DNA of 54,949 nt, taken from the NCBI GenBank assembly GCA_041651395.1, contig JBAZJI010000003.1, positions 1-54,949 on the forward strand, in the 5' to 3' direction. Position numbers and translations under genes: made by a program. Under the pieces are notes generated by a model, which searched no databases, had not been told where the DNA came from, and worked only from the letters and a program-made list of their open reading frames with translations. The stretch comes from Minisyncoccota bacterium (GTDB lineage Bacteria > Patescibacteriota > Minisyncoccia > Minisyncoccales > JAGOPM01). Below, piece by piece: positions 32,738 to 43,195 of this stretch; the stretch's first letter is position 1; every line of letters starts with the position of its first letter.

Positions 32738-35020
32738 TTACGCTAACATTGAAGTAACAGCGGCAGTAGTGGCTGCTTCTGTGCCAGCACCGAGTACCGT
32801 TGCTAGAGTATTAGACCACATATTCTTCTCTGCTGCAGCCATTTGGTCCGCAAACTGGGCTGCTTGGGTTATTTGTTGTTCCGCAGACAAAATAGTACTG
32901 GACGTTATTTGCAACAAGTTTACTCCGAGTGAAACACCAGTTTGTGTAAAGAACGTCCACATATCCCGTTGCACCGCAGCTTCTAAATCGACAGCCTTTA
33001 TTGCCATGTCAACTTTTGTTTTGTAATCTGCTGACCTGGCCGACATTATAGCATCAGCAGCTTTCTCACTATATCCCATATACTTATCTGCAATATAGCT
33101 CCGGCGGGCAATGTCTAGTTGGGCTAGTCCAGTGGTTACATTATTCTGAATAGTAGCCATTTGCTTATTATATTGTTGTTGGGTTATTCTACCGCCCTTT
33201 AATGCCTCTTCGGCAGCTTGCGCATCATACGCTAGTCGAGCCTGATTGGGTGCTGCCTTAGCCTGCGCCATCCAATTAACTGTCTCTTCTAGTCCAAGTT
33301 TTAAATTGGCTACGCCACTATTAACCGCCGCAACATACTTGCCAAGTTGAACATCCATTTCCAGAAACGCTTTGTTAACCTTTGGAAGAAACTTCTCCAG
33401 CACTTCTCCAGACTTCATCGACTCTGCTGCTTCCTGTAACGCATCAAGCCCGGTTTGGATTGATTGGTACAACAACTGCTTACTATTCTCACTCAACTCA
33501 AACGCATTGGTTACTACATCTCCTAAGTCACCATTATCTTCCCCGCCTCCACCAGCATCTTTATTACCACTTGGTATATCTGTTTGTAAAACATCTGAAT
33601 CAAATAATATCTCTTTCGGTAGCAATGAATCAATATCCCCACCACTGTCCCCAATAGCAGTAAACAATCCCGCCAACGATTTATCCGTGATACCACCATA
33701 CTCTTTAAAGTCATACAACGTGGCGTAGGCATTACGGTATTCCTGTATATCTTTTATATCAATCTTCCCGCCAAAATTAGCCGCAATATCTTCATCGGAG
33801 TATTCAGGAGTACCATCTGGTTTAATTGTGAATAAATCAAGCAATGCTTTCGGGTCGCCATTGACATATGAATAAACAGTTTTGGTTATTCCCAAAGCAT
33901 AGTTAAGTTTATCATGTGCCGCTGCAACATCGCCCTCATCTGGTAACTTTGCCAAATCAGAATTATTGTACATATCTGGGTCAGCGTCACGCCAATAGTC
34001 TTGCAACTCTCTGGCAGTTAACTTCTCGCCGTTCTTGTACGGCGTCTCTTTTTCTTTCTCGTCACTTGGTTTCTCTGGTGCTTCTCCTGCCGCTTCAATA
34101 ATAGCCTTTGCTCTATAATTATCCGGGTCAGTCTCCAATGCTTTTTTCGCGGCAGCCAGTTGCTCTTCTTGGGCATCAGCATTTGAGTTTTTATAAAAGT
34201 CCACTGTTCCTTTTACGTCAACTGCTTTCTGTGCATTCAGTTGAGCAACTGTGGCAGTAACGTCTTTATAGTTGGTTCTCAATCCTTCTTTGTTATAAAT
34301 ATATCCATCACTTCCTACCTTATACCCCGCCCAAGTACCACTCTCGATTGTTTTAACAAAAGTAACTCCTGGTGCTGGTTGGCCTGTTACCTTTGACAAG
34401 TCAGGTACAGTACTTGGTACCGATACTTGTTGTACAGTAGAACCAATCTCTCCCTTTGTTGCCCCAGGAGTAACAACCGCCGGAGCCGACAAGCCCCAAG
34501 TAGCTATACTAGATGCTGTAGCATTAGTTGGGTCTTTAACCAAAATCTCTTTTGCTTTAGCCACCAAAGCATTCCTTTCAGTCTCTGCCATAGCATACAA
34601 AGAGTTCTTGGTTACTTTACCATAATCTGCAGCAAAAGTTGACGAGTCCGTGGTAGCTTTAACCGGAGTTATTTCTACTGGTTTAACCGCTTTCGCCGTT
34701 TTCTGTTTGGTTGTCGACACCGCTGAAGTCTTAGCTTTGGCTTCATCTACCGCGGATTTGTTAATCTGACTTATCTCATAATCAGTAATCTTGTTATATC
34801 TCGGCGTAAACCCCACCCCAGGAATCACTTCTTTGGCAAAATTTATATCTCCTTTAGAAGAAACCAAGTTCCCAATAACACTATCAATATATGCTTTGGG
34901 AATACCAGCATCTTCTAAATATTGTTTCGCGGTTTGTTGTTGCTTGGCATAGTTTTTACCATACTTCGTATCCCCAATCATTGAATACGCTGCCGTAAGA
35001 ACCTTATCAATGTCTGCCAT
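32738..35020 (-). CDS. Late protein (760 aa), Ala/Gln-rich, tape-measure-like or internal virion protein
   Basis: AAAGGAGG SD. Long A/Q/K-rich helical C-terminal third. Confidence 0.35.
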   Translation of the reverse strand: MADIDKVLTAAYSMIGDTKYGKNYAKQQQTAKQYLEDAGIPKAYIDSVIGNLVSSKGDINFAKEVIPGVGFTPRYNKITDYEISQINKSAVDEAKAKTSAVSTTKQKTAKAVKPVEITPVKATTDSSTFAADYGKVTKNSLYAMAETERNALVAKAKEILVKDPTNATASSIATWGLSAPAVVTPGATKGEIGSTVQQVSVPSTVPDLSKVTGQPAPGVTFVKTIESGTWAGYKVGSDGYIYNKEGLRTNYKDVTATVAQLNAQKAVDVKGTVDFYKNSNADAQEEQLAAAKKALETDPDNYRAKAIIEAAGEAPEKPSDEKEKETPYKNGEKLTARELQDYWRDADPDMYNNSDLAKLPDEGDVAAAHDKLNYALGITKTVYSYVNGDPKALLDLFTIKPDGTPEYSDEDIAANFGGKIDIKDIQEYRNAYATLYDFKEYGGITDKSLAGLFTAIGDSGGDIDSLLPKEILFDSDVLQTDIPSGNKDAGGGGEDNGDLGDVVTNAFELSENSKQLLYQSIQTGLDALQEAAESMKSGEVLEKFLPKVNKAFLEMDVQLGKYVAAVNSGVANLKLGLEETVNWMAQAKAAPNQARLAYDAQAAEEALKGGRITQQQYNKQMATIQNNVTTGLAQLDIARRSYIADKYMGYSEKAADAIMSARSADYKTKVDMAIKAVDLEAAVQRDMWTFFTQTGVSLGVNLLQITSSTILSAEQQITQAAQFADQMAAAEKNMWSNTLATVLGAGTEAATTAAVTSMLA

Positions 35021-35031
35021 TCTTTCCTCCT

Positions 35032-36708
35032 TTAATAATTAGGGCATAACCCTGGGCGTTCTAAGTAGTTATGTAAACGGTCGTCATAAGTCGTTCCGGG
35101 AATCAGGTCAATAAAGCCTTGGAGATAATCCATTATTGAAACAAACTTGTGGATGTGAACATTGAACTCTCTTATCACATCTGGCCACTCCCATTCAGTG
35201 TTCATGCTACTACCAGACATTCCTGGTTCTTCTCCCAACATTTCGGTTACGGCTTGCCATTGAATCTGTAAAGCTGAACCAATCGCCTTAACTAAGTCTC
35301 CATACTCTTCCACTCCACCAATAGTTGCTAGAGGTAATGGTGTTGATAGAGTAGTTAGTGTTGGACAAGATTCTATATTAATCATTGGTGTTGGTCCAAC
35401 GGGATGTGTATAATTTCCTCGACAGTTATATTTAAGGATAGCAGGATCACCACTAGCCCCCTGTCTAGCAACTATTTCACCAGATTCTAATAGTGCATCC
35501 AATAAAAAACTATATGTTGGAAGTGCCGACCATTCTACATTGTGTGTATATACTTTCTTACAAAATATAACACGATATATTTGGTTAAGACAATTTCTTG
35601 TCCGAACGCCACCATCTACCAAACATCCAATATATAACGATGCCGTAGTATCCCAACCAACAGACCGCCTTGTTGTTGGCAATACAATTTGGGTATCCAA
35701 GTAACTATTCACAACCATCCCATTTAGCTGTGCTGTTATTTGAGAAATAAATTGTGGAGCCGAATTATTTATTCTAGTACAACTAAACTCACCAACACCA
35801 TCTTCACATATTAACGAATTGGTATTAGCACCTATTCCAACCTGTAATGCCTCCATAATAAAATGAATAGGGCTGACACCACCTCTATCACCACGACTAA
35901 ATAAGATATTATGCCCCACCGTATAATCAGCACTGACCAATATAGTAAATTCATTAACATCAAAATCGCTACTGGCAGCAACACGCATAAAACAATTAGC
36001 CACCGGTCCAGCAAAATTCCATTGCATAGCACTTTTTGCGCCAACTAATTGATACACACTGGTTCCAATTTCAACTATGTCATTGCCATTCCCCGACCGG
36101 TCACTTATTGTTGTAGAAACACCGTCTGTGTATGTATACCACACACCTTGATACAATCCCGCTGGCCATACTCCATGTGGATTTATCTGTGTGGTACAAC
36201 TGGCATTACCAAAATACATATAAAACGTATTCGCCGCGGTTAATGGTGAGCGTATCACAAATTGGTACATATGCGCAGCACCCTGATTCAAATAAATAAT
36301 ATCATGTGGCAGTTTCGTTTTGCCGTCACTAGCTGTAAACAAAATATCTTCACCATTTGCTTGAATCAAATCATGAAAATCAATGTTTGGCCAGAATGGT
36401 GGAGGCATCCAGTTTTCACTAAACTCCAATGTCCATGCAATATCGTCGAAGTCGGGTAACGTAATACTGGGTTCACCACCCGGAGGATTATATGGCATAT
36501 CAAATCTTATTCGGTACTTCCATTCCGTGTTATACCAATTCCCCAACGCATATTCTTCTTTTATGGTTTCCATACCATAATTATCCAAAGCAGTTCTCAA
36601 ATCACCAAGAATAGTCCATATTAAAAACAACGCTAGATTCATCCGATGAACACCATCCTCTCTATTCAACTCCAAAGGAATATCTTGAATAGGCCAGTTA
36701 GTTGGCAT
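35032..36708 (-). CDS. Fibre/receptor-binding protein with DUF2341-like and LamG (concanavalin-like) domains
   Basis: WKYRIRFDM...GEDILFTASDGKTKLPHDI (DUF2341-like), then DRSGNGNDIV typical of Laminin_G_3 domains. Confidence 0.5.
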   Translation of the reverse strand: MPTNWPIQDIPLELNREDGVHRMNLALFLIWTILGDLRTALDNYGMETIKEEYALGNWYNTEWKYRIRFDMPYNPPGGEPSITLPDFDDIAWTLEFSENWMPPPFWPNIDFHDLIQANGEDILFTASDGKTKLPHDIIYLNQGAAHMYQFVIRSPLTAANTFYMYFGNASCTTQINPHGVWPAGLYQGVWYTYTDGVSTTISDRSGNGNDIVEIGTSVYQLVGAKSAMQWNFAGPVANCFMRVAASSDFDVNEFTILVSADYTVGHNILFSRGDRGGVSPIHFIMEALQVGIGANTNSLICEDGVGEFSCTRINNSAPQFISQITAQLNGMVVNSYLDTQIVLPTTRRSVGWDTTASLYIGCLVDGGVRTRNCLNQIYRVIFCKKVYTHNVEWSALPTYSFLLDALLESGEIVARQGASGDPAILKYNCRGNYTHPVGPTPMINIESCPTLTTLSTPLPLATIGGVEEYGDLVKAIGSALQIQWQAVTEMLGEEPGMSGSSMNTEWEWPDVIREFNVHIHKFVSIMDYLQGFIDLIPGTTYDDRLHNYLERPGLCPNY

Positions 36709-38532
36709 CTATGCCTCCGATACAGAATAAGTAAACAACAACGGCCCAGCTATAATAACGTTTGAGTTCGCCCCGCTTAGAGTTGCGGTACAAGAGAAAT
36801 CAACTTGGAACAATCTACCATCCGCCCCTTGTTGAAACGTTAGTTCAGTAAAACCATAACTTGGGTCAGTTATGGCATTAGTAGCAGTTATAGTTTCTTT
36901 TAGAGTTCCATCAACATATAACTTTACAGTAATCGTTTGGTTCTTTGCAGCCAGATAAAACGATAGCTTGTGTAAAGTTTTCTTTTTGTTGGGCGCTCCG
37001 AACCATGTAGCTTTGGTTTTAAAATCCATTGCTATACTAGCTGTGGTAGAAACCGTGCTGGGGGGAACCAGATAATAAACATGATGAGTGCTGGTTATCA
37101 ATGTCGTCTTTAAATAATCATCATAGAAAACAAAGCTGTCTCCCCCAATAAACGCTGTCACCCAATCAACCACTGGCGATTTCGGAGCAGCAAGTTGGAA
37201 CACCAGAACTCTCGTGGCAACACTTGCGCCAAGAGGAAAGCAAACATAGAGATTACTTGTTGAGTAATCAAACGCGGTAGATATTTCGGATTTACCAGTT
37301 CCTAATGCAGCACAGAGAGTAATAAACAAATCATTTTGTTTTATGGAATAAACTTTTGAGGAAACACCGTTAAACAAATAAACCCCACCCTCTCCAACAT
37401 ACATTGCTTGGCCAGCGGAAACCAGAGTGGCCCCATAGTTACTAACAATTCCTTCACTGGCATAGGTTTTGTCGATGTAGAAAGTAGCCTCGTTTGCCCC
37501 CCGAAGCATCCATATAGTATTAGTTGTACCAATAAATAAATTATCCCCCAAAACAAACATGGCTTTGGAAGAGAATGGAGTTCTCGGCAAAGGCTCATTA
37601 TCGTCAAAGAAGTGTCCCCGCTCACGCGCTTGCGTCCATTGGATGTATCCACCGTACGACACAATATCTCCAAGAAATATTCTATTATAATGAACAGCAC
37701 TGACATTGGCTCCAGGAGCAGGAGTGTGGTCTACCCCATCATCAGGTAGAGCCACACTCAAAGCCGAGTCAGCAATGTTGTCGGTATATGTAACCGTTCC
37801 TACTCCATTGGCAATTTGTGCAACATACATCCAAGCCGTTAACGTTCCACCCTTTCGGTAGATTCTTTTATAATCCACCTGTGCATCTGCTGACTCGGCT
37901 ATAACTGTTAGTGCTATCTGGTTTGTCGCCACAGTTACCGAAGCAGATATTGGGGACATATTACTTTCTACACCATCTGTGCTATTGTAATACGTATAGA
38001 CATAGTAATATGTCCCATCTGGATTCCCACCCGCTCCTGAATCAGCTGTGGTCATTGCTGCCGCCGGAGCAGCTATACCCCATTTTTTAACCGTTGCAGC
38101 AAAACTGGCTTTCCAGAAAAATGGCGTAGTAATCAATGAGTGAGTAACATATAAATACCCACCCTCGCTTACCATCGCGGGAGGATTAGCCTTAGTTATA
38201 GCTAAAGCTCCGCCGATAGAATGAAACTCTGTCCATGCCCCGGCCGGTTCGAGCTTATAATAAAAATGTATATCTCCTGCATCCATCTTAACACAAGCAA
38301 TAAGATAGACTGTCCCAGCGGCATCATAATGACGACACAAGCCAACAATAGTTCCTGCAACGGCAACATCGTAAGCCTCCACTATGGGGCGTCTCATGGT
38401 TATTGCGCCCAAGTTGCGGTTATAGTCAATGTTTTGACCAATACTCAACTCATCTTCGGCTATCCCAACCGCCGGTCCGGAGTTGATTCCAGCAATCATT
38501 GTTGGCATTACATATTCAGGATGCTCACCCAT
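36709..38532 (-). CDS. Late structural-module protein (607 aa)
   Basis: Tracked ORF. Start overlaps the upstream stop. Beta-rich composition. Confidence 0.6.
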   Translation of the reverse strand: MGEHPEYVMPTMIAGINSGPAVGIAEDELSIGQNIDYNRNLGAITMRRPIVEAYDVAVAGTIVGLCRHYDAAGTVYLIACVKMDAGDIHFYYKLEPAGAWTEFHSIGGALAITKANPPAMVSEGGYLYVTHSLITTPFFWKASFAATVKKWGIAAPAAAMTTADSGAGGNPDGTYYYVYTYYNSTDGVESNMSPISASVTVATNQIALTVIAESADAQVDYKRIYRKGGTLTAWMYVAQIANGVGTVTYTDNIADSALSVALPDDGVDHTPAPGANVSAVHYNRIFLGDIVSYGGYIQWTQARERGHFFDDNEPLPRTPFSSKAMFVLGDNLFIGTTNTIWMLRGANEATFYIDKTYASEGIVSNYGATLVSAGQAMYVGEGGVYLFNGVSSKVYSIKQNDLFITLCAALGTGKSEISTAFDYSTSNLYVCFPLGASVATRVLVFQLAAPKSPVVDWVTAFIGGDSFVFYDDYLKTTLITSTHHVYYLVPPSTVSTTASIAMDFKTKATWFGAPNKKKTLHKLSFYLAAKNQTITVKLYVDGTLKETITATNAITDPSYGFTELTFQQGADGRLFQVDFSCTATLSGANSNVIIAGPLLFTYSVSEA

Positions 38533-39170
38533 TAGCGTTTCTCCATTGTGCTATCTGGTTGACTCTGGCCAGGGATATCTCCCGCCCACTCGAAACCACC
38601 TTTTTCGCAGCCGTCGGAAAAATATTTATAAAACGTAGCCGCTCGTTGGGCGTCGTTGGTTTTCAACTTGCCAATAAATGCTGCATATAAGGCAAGTAAC
38701 CAATGATAATTATACGGAATGTCGGGAGTGTTGGCATCATCAGTCATATCCGCCGGGAAGCCATAGAGCCAAACATACCAGGTTGGATTCGCCACTACAA
38801 AAACTGCATTTGGGGCGGGAGAAATCCATATAGTCTTATTCGATTGCTTCCAATATGAAGGAGTGCCTGGGATTATTGGCAGAGTTCCTATCTTTTGGAA
38901 GTCCAACTCTGGAACAGCCAAGCCAGCATAGTCAACCACAGATAACGTCCCAATCATATTAGTCACCGGTGCTGCAGTAACCAACGGAGTGTATGATTGA
39001 GTGGCGTTAACCAGTGTTAAATACGCATAAATAGTGTAACACCTGGTTCTTGAGCAAACCTCTTTCATTCCCTCGTTAATCCAGATATTAATCTCCGCAT
39101 CTGTATACGTCGCCGCAGTTGGTTCTGCCAACAAAGCTCTTGCGAATGTTCTTATTGCACTCCTAATCAT
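38532..39170 (-). CDS. Late structural-module protein
   Basis: ATG 39170, 6 nt after TAGGAG. The tracked start at 39176 is a TTG. Confidence 0.6.
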   Translation of the reverse strand: MIRSAIRTFARALLAEPTAATYTDAEINIWINEGMKEVCSRTRCYTIYAYLTLVNATQSYTPLVTAAPVTNMIGTLSVVDYAGLAVPELDFQKIGTLPIIPGTPSYWKQSNKTIWISPAPNAVFVVANPTWYVWLYGFPADMTDDANTPDIPYNYHWLLALYAAFIGKLKTNDAQRAATFYKYFSDGCEKGGFEWAGDIPGQSQPDSTMEKR

Positions 39171-39179
39171 AGCCAACTC

Positions 39180-40079
39180 CTAGAGAACACGATGGTCAAC
39201 ACCAAAATCTGTAAACCCTGTTTCGGCCTCATCCAAATCCGCAAAGTCTTTTATTGAATCCGAGATAGGATGTAACCGAGTATCTCTATCGGTTTCATCA
39301 CTTAAACGAATTTGGTATTGTTGATACAACTCTCGTGCAACCTGGGCTTTTATTGGGTCCCGTCCACGAACAGCATCAGAAAGCAAACCATAATACGCCC
39401 CCAACATGGCAACCAAGTCCTCGGGAACCAACGCAACATCAGTTAACGCCGAGAGAGTTGAGGCATAACGGGAATAAACAGCCAGCAAAACATACTGGTC
39501 GTCTGGCACCGGATATAAATCAATAGTAACTATTCCATTCGCCAAAGACTCATACGCCCAATATTCTGGCTCCCCAGTGTCTTTCCTGGTTGGGTCGAGC
39601 GCAAACAGTTGTTCGGCACTTTTTCTCTCCAGCGGTTTATTCGTGCCATATATTACCTCTCTTATTTCTCCACAATCACTAAGAGAGTATTTTCTGGCAA
39701 ATATTGAATAAGTTGCGTCGGCATCATCATCCCCAGCATAGTTGGCGTCCATTGTAATCAACGCGGCAGTTCCGGCGGTGATACCATAAAACGCATCCTC
39801 ATCGTTTATTCTAATCTCTCTGGTCGTCAGCGCCTGTACTGCGTCCGGGACGTTCCATGCCGTTCCTACCCCAATCACAGCACTAGAACCAGCAATCATA
39901 ATACAAGTCCCGATTGTGTATGGTTCTTGCGTAATAATTCGGCACGTTTTATTCAATCCCGCCCAGGGCCATCGGCCAACCAACGACCTTTGGGCCTGGT
40001 TAGCCAAAGCAATTAGGGCAGCCGCTGGCATCCCCGGAAGATATAACCGCATTGTTTCTAAAATAGTGCTTAAAGCCAT
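39180..40079 (-). CDS. Late structural-module protein (299 aa)
   Basis: GAGGGGAGAG SD. Tracked ORF. Confidence 0.6.
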   Translation of the reverse strand: MALSTILETMRLYLPGMPAAALIALANQAQRSLVGRWPWAGLNKTCRIITQEPYTIGTCIMIAGSSAVIGVGTAWNVPDAVQALTTREIRINDEDAFYGITAGTAALITMDANYAGDDDADATYSIFARKYSLSDCGEIREVIYGTNKPLERKSAEQLFALDPTRKDTGEPEYWAYESLANGIVTIDLYPVPDDQYVLLAVYSRYASTLSALTDVALVPEDLVAMLGAYYGLLSDAVRGRDPIKAQVARELYQQYQIRLSDETDRDTRLHPISDSIKDFADLDEAETGFTDFGVDHRVL

Positions 40080-40388
40080 TTATTCTCTCCCCTCAGGAAG
40101 CATCGGTTTTGCAGTAGTGGCAGATTGAGTTGTGGATTGAGAGCCAGTGGGCTTGGCGGCCTCCGGCGGGACAACAGCCGCGACTAATTGTTTCTCTTTG
40201 CGCTTGGTCAACCAACGCATGATAAACATTATGATAGACGGACCAATCAGAGTAGTCGCTACGGTAACAGCCCAGGCAGGTAGCGCTATTCCAAATGCCC
40301 CCAACACAACAACAATAACACCAATGATTGCACCAGCAGCAGCAGTCTCACTCTCATAAGTCTTGTTACCAATAGTTACTTCAGCCAT
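40080..40388 (-). CDS. Two-TM membrane protein with charged tail (holin-like)
   Basis: AAGGAGGG SD. TM1 AGAIIGVIVVVLGAFGIAL. TM2 VATTLIGPSIIMFIMRWL. Followed by KRKEKQ. Confidence 0.45.
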   Translation of the reverse strand: MAEVTIGNKTYESETAAAGAIIGVIVVVLGAFGIALPAWAVTVATTLIGPSIIMFIMRWLTKRKEKQLVAAVVPPEAAKPTGSQSTTQSATTAKPMLPEGRE

Positions 40389-40398
40389 GATACCCTCC

Positions 40399-40725
40399 TT
40401 ATAAAAGTTTTATTATTGCGGCAAACAACTCGCCAGCGGACTTATAATGTATTATAACCATTCCTCCTACAACTACGGCAATAACTTTTACCCACCACCA
40501 GGTCTTTCCGACTTTTTTGTCGGTCGACATATAAGCAGCAATTACTTTGTCCAGCTTCACATCAATCGCTGCCACTTGTGTTGCAACTGTGGTCATGGTT
40601 GTCTCTGTACTGGATTTAATATTCTCCACACAAGATGTTAATAATTCGGAGACACTTTTTATATCGTCCTCCAACTTCTCTTTTAACAACTTCACTCCCG
40701 GGTCGTCTAGTATACCATTAGACAT
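40399..40725 (-). CDS. Tail-anchored membrane protein
   Basis: AGGAGG SD. C-terminal TM WWWVKVIAVVVGGMVIIHY. Confidence 0.5.
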   Translation of the reverse strand: MSNGILDDPGVKLLKEKLEDDIKSVSELLTSCVENIKSSTETTMTTVATQVAAIDVKLDKVIAAYMSTDKKVGKTWWWVKVIAVVVGGMVIIHYKSAGELFAAIIKLL

Positions 40726-40734
40726 CAGCGCCTC

Positions 40735-42936
40735 CTAATAGCTTCTGTATACTCTTACTTTAATTGTGGTTCCCATCATTGGATAAAACGACCCTTGGGG
40801 GCATCCCCAAGTAAAGTCCGTATTGTTTTTTGTTGAATGGATATGCACTCCGTGGTGAGTCACGTCCGTTACTTGTTGCAAAGAAGCGTTGTCGAAATCG
40901 GCATCTCCAGTGTTCGCCCCGACAACGAATAGAAACCAGGTATCGGCACTACTGATAAGAGTGGAATAGGCACTCATGGTACCGTCCCCAGCAAGAGTTG
41001 TGTAGCCTGTGCCAATACTTAGCGGCGTGAGACTATGCGTTCCGCCGACATGGTTAGACACAGTAATCTCACCGTAATATAACATACCCTCGGTAGTCAC
41101 CGCTGTAACTTCTTCACAACAATTGTTTCCACCAGCATCTGCATCAACAGCTACACAGGTGTTGGTGATACCATCTATTGTGTAATACGGAGCATCGTAC
41201 TCCCAATTGGGGGGAGCCGCTGCGTCGGCATCCTCAAAACCATTATTAGTCAAAAGTTCTGCACCACTCAATGTTGGAGCAGCCCCAGCACCAGCTGCAC
41301 CAATACTTCCATAAATAACGTCACCATCTGAATCTTCGAGGACAACCAAATACGAAGTAAGTCCAGCATCAGTTCCGGCAAATCTAGCTATATCAATAGT
41401 AGAGCCACAGTCTACCATTGAACCACCAACATTATAGGCGTAAACAAAGTCGGCGTAAGCACAAGTGGCGGAGTAGACAAGCTCGCCCAAGTCGGGTTGC
41501 GTGTCCACAATCTTATAGCTCAACGCCAGACTCGGATTGAAGCCGCTATCCATCGTCGCATAAGACCGTGTATGCGTGGTGGAATATCCGGGAGTGGAGA
41601 AAAGATGGACGCCGTTGACAGAGGAATGGAGAACGCGCTTGATAGAATAATCATCAACACTGGCATCAACTCCGGTAGTCATAGCTTTAATGCCATTTCC
41701 CGTAGTGCTTACATATACTGGCGTGTAATACTCGGTATATGTTGCGGCGCTCGTGCGATTGTTTGGAGTACCCAAACCCAAACCCATTGAAATACCACCA
41801 TCGGTAATACTATCAATAGTGCATACCATTTTATAAAGTGCATAAACCGTATGGGTTGCCACCGGGTTAGACTTAATAAAATCTCCGGAAGTAGCATTAA
41901 GCGCAGCACCTTTTCCACCCGCAACTGACCATCCCCCGGCGGCAGTCCAATTTCCTGCATTGGAAAAATCGGTTTCCTTATTGCGTTCAACATCCAATCC
42001 CTCTGCCGCATCCGCCGCACCAATCCAAGCACTCATGGACTTTCCGGCGCTATCAACTAAGATAAGCTTATACCGCCGGAAAGCAGAATCCGAGCCGGTA
42101 AAGCCAGTGAATATTCCCGCGCCAAGGTCGGCAAAACAGTTGGTGGCGGTAGAATCCACCTTGGCTGTGAAAACTGCAACTGTTCCGGACTTGGCTATAT
42201 TACTACCACTTGAGTAAATATAGTATGTATAACCAGCAGCATCATTGTAATTAAAGCCAGATTGTGCATAGCTTACGCCCTGGGTGCCATATGGCGTACT
42301 AGATAATATGACACCATTAACCGAAGGCGCTGTAACTAATACCGCTTGCTGTGTAACAATGTCGCAGGTCTGGCCATTGGCTGTATCAATATTGGTTACT
42401 TTCCACGTTCTGCTGGACGTACAAGTCAAGTAAACATCGGTCTGGTCACCGCTATAATATACAACATCGGAGCCATTGGTTAGATTTACAGTGCCTTGAC
42501 TGGGTGTCCAATCAACGGTTACTTTATACAATGCACCATAAGTTAATAAGTTGGGGTAATATACTGAACCAGTAGTACCACCATTAGTGAACGTATTAGC
42601 ATCTGTAATAGCGGCACCAGTGGCACTCCAACCAACTGTTAAATTCCATCCAGATAACGCGTCAGCACCAGTTGTTTCCCCGGTTCCGATGCTTTTAATA
42701 TATGCGACAACTCTCTTGCCAGCACTATCAACAATTTCTACCCATTGACCAATGTTATCAGCGGAGTTTAGCACCCCTGCTGTGCCATCAATAAACCCAC
42801 CGATAGTACTAATATGGCAATTAGCCAGCGTTATCGGCCCGGTTTTGATTAGTGTCTTGGCAAAAGCAGCCGACTCTGCCACTAACCCAAACACTAACAG
42901 AAAAGTTATAGCCAATATAGCAATGCGTTTACGCAT
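40735..42936 (-). CDS. Large beta-rich fibre/receptor-binding-like protein with N-terminal signal-peptide-like segment and three internal repeats
   Basis: MRKRIAILAITFLLVFGLVAESAAFA-KT. Repeats: VDSAGKRVVAYIKSIG, VDSAGKSMSAWIGAAD, EDSDGDVIYGSIGAAG. NNGFED...W carbohydrate-binding-like starts. Confidence 0.5.
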   Translation of the reverse strand: MRKRIAILAITFLLVFGLVAESAAFAKTLIKTGPITLANCHISTIGGFIDGTAGVLNSADNIGQWVEIVDSAGKRVVAYIKSIGTGETTGADALSGWNLTVGWSATGAAITDANTFTNGGTTGSVYYPNLLTYGALYKVTVDWTPSQGTVNLTNGSDVVYYSGDQTDVYLTCTSSRTWKVTNIDTANGQTCDIVTQQAVLVTAPSVNGVILSSTPYGTQGVSYAQSGFNYNDAAGYTYYIYSSGSNIAKSGTVAVFTAKVDSTATNCFADLGAGIFTGFTGSDSAFRRYKLILVDSAGKSMSAWIGAADAAEGLDVERNKETDFSNAGNWTAAGGWSVAGGKGAALNATSGDFIKSNPVATHTVYALYKMVCTIDSITDGGISMGLGLGTPNNRTSAATYTEYYTPVYVSTTGNGIKAMTTGVDASVDDYSIKRVLHSSVNGVHLFSTPGYSTTHTRSYATMDSGFNPSLALSYKIVDTQPDLGELVYSATCAYADFVYAYNVGGSMVDCGSTIDIARFAGTDAGLTSYLVVLEDSDGDVIYGSIGAAGAGAAPTLSGAELLTNNGFEDADAAAPPNWEYDAPYYTIDGITNTCVAVDADAGGNNCCEEVTAVTTEGMLYYGEITVSNHVGGTHSLTPLSIGTGYTTLAGDGTMSAYSTLISSADTWFLFVVGANTGDADFDNASLQQVTDVTHHGVHIHSTKNNTDFTWGCPQGSFYPMMGTTIKVRVYRSY

Positions 42937-43185
42937 TTATCCCTCCGAAGCCTTCAAGTTCTCAAGGTATGTCTTGGCTATGACTTGATTATCCGGCGTT
43001 AGACTTTTCAGAGTGGTAATAGCAGGAGTAACAATGCTTTCTTGGTCTATCAACTCCTGATAATATTGTAGTTTTTTGGTTAACAAGTCCTCAGCCCAGT
43101 CCTTGAACACAAGAGTAGGGTTTTTGGCGGCAAAAGCCTCCAACAGTTTTACTCTAATCTGCACAATAACTTCTTGTTTCGCCAT
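42937..43185 (-). CDS. Hypothetical protein (82 aa)
   Basis: ATG 43185 after GGGAGGAAAAA (MAKQEVIVQIR...). The tracked longer ORF overlaps the upstream gene. Confidence 0.5.
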   Translation of the reverse strand: MAKQEVIVQIRVKLLEAFAAKNPTLVFKDWAEDLLTKKLQYYQELIDQESIVTPAITTLKSLTPDNQVIAKTYLENLKASEG

Positions 43186-43195
43186 TTTTTCCTCC

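Noticed and set aside
27559-34642. Many plus-strand ORFs inside the late genes (for example 30686..31132, 31351..31770, 31978..32649, 33372..33728)
   Set aside because: These are antisense shadow ORFs within long, well-supported minus-strand genes. They lack an SD and their products are low-complexity.
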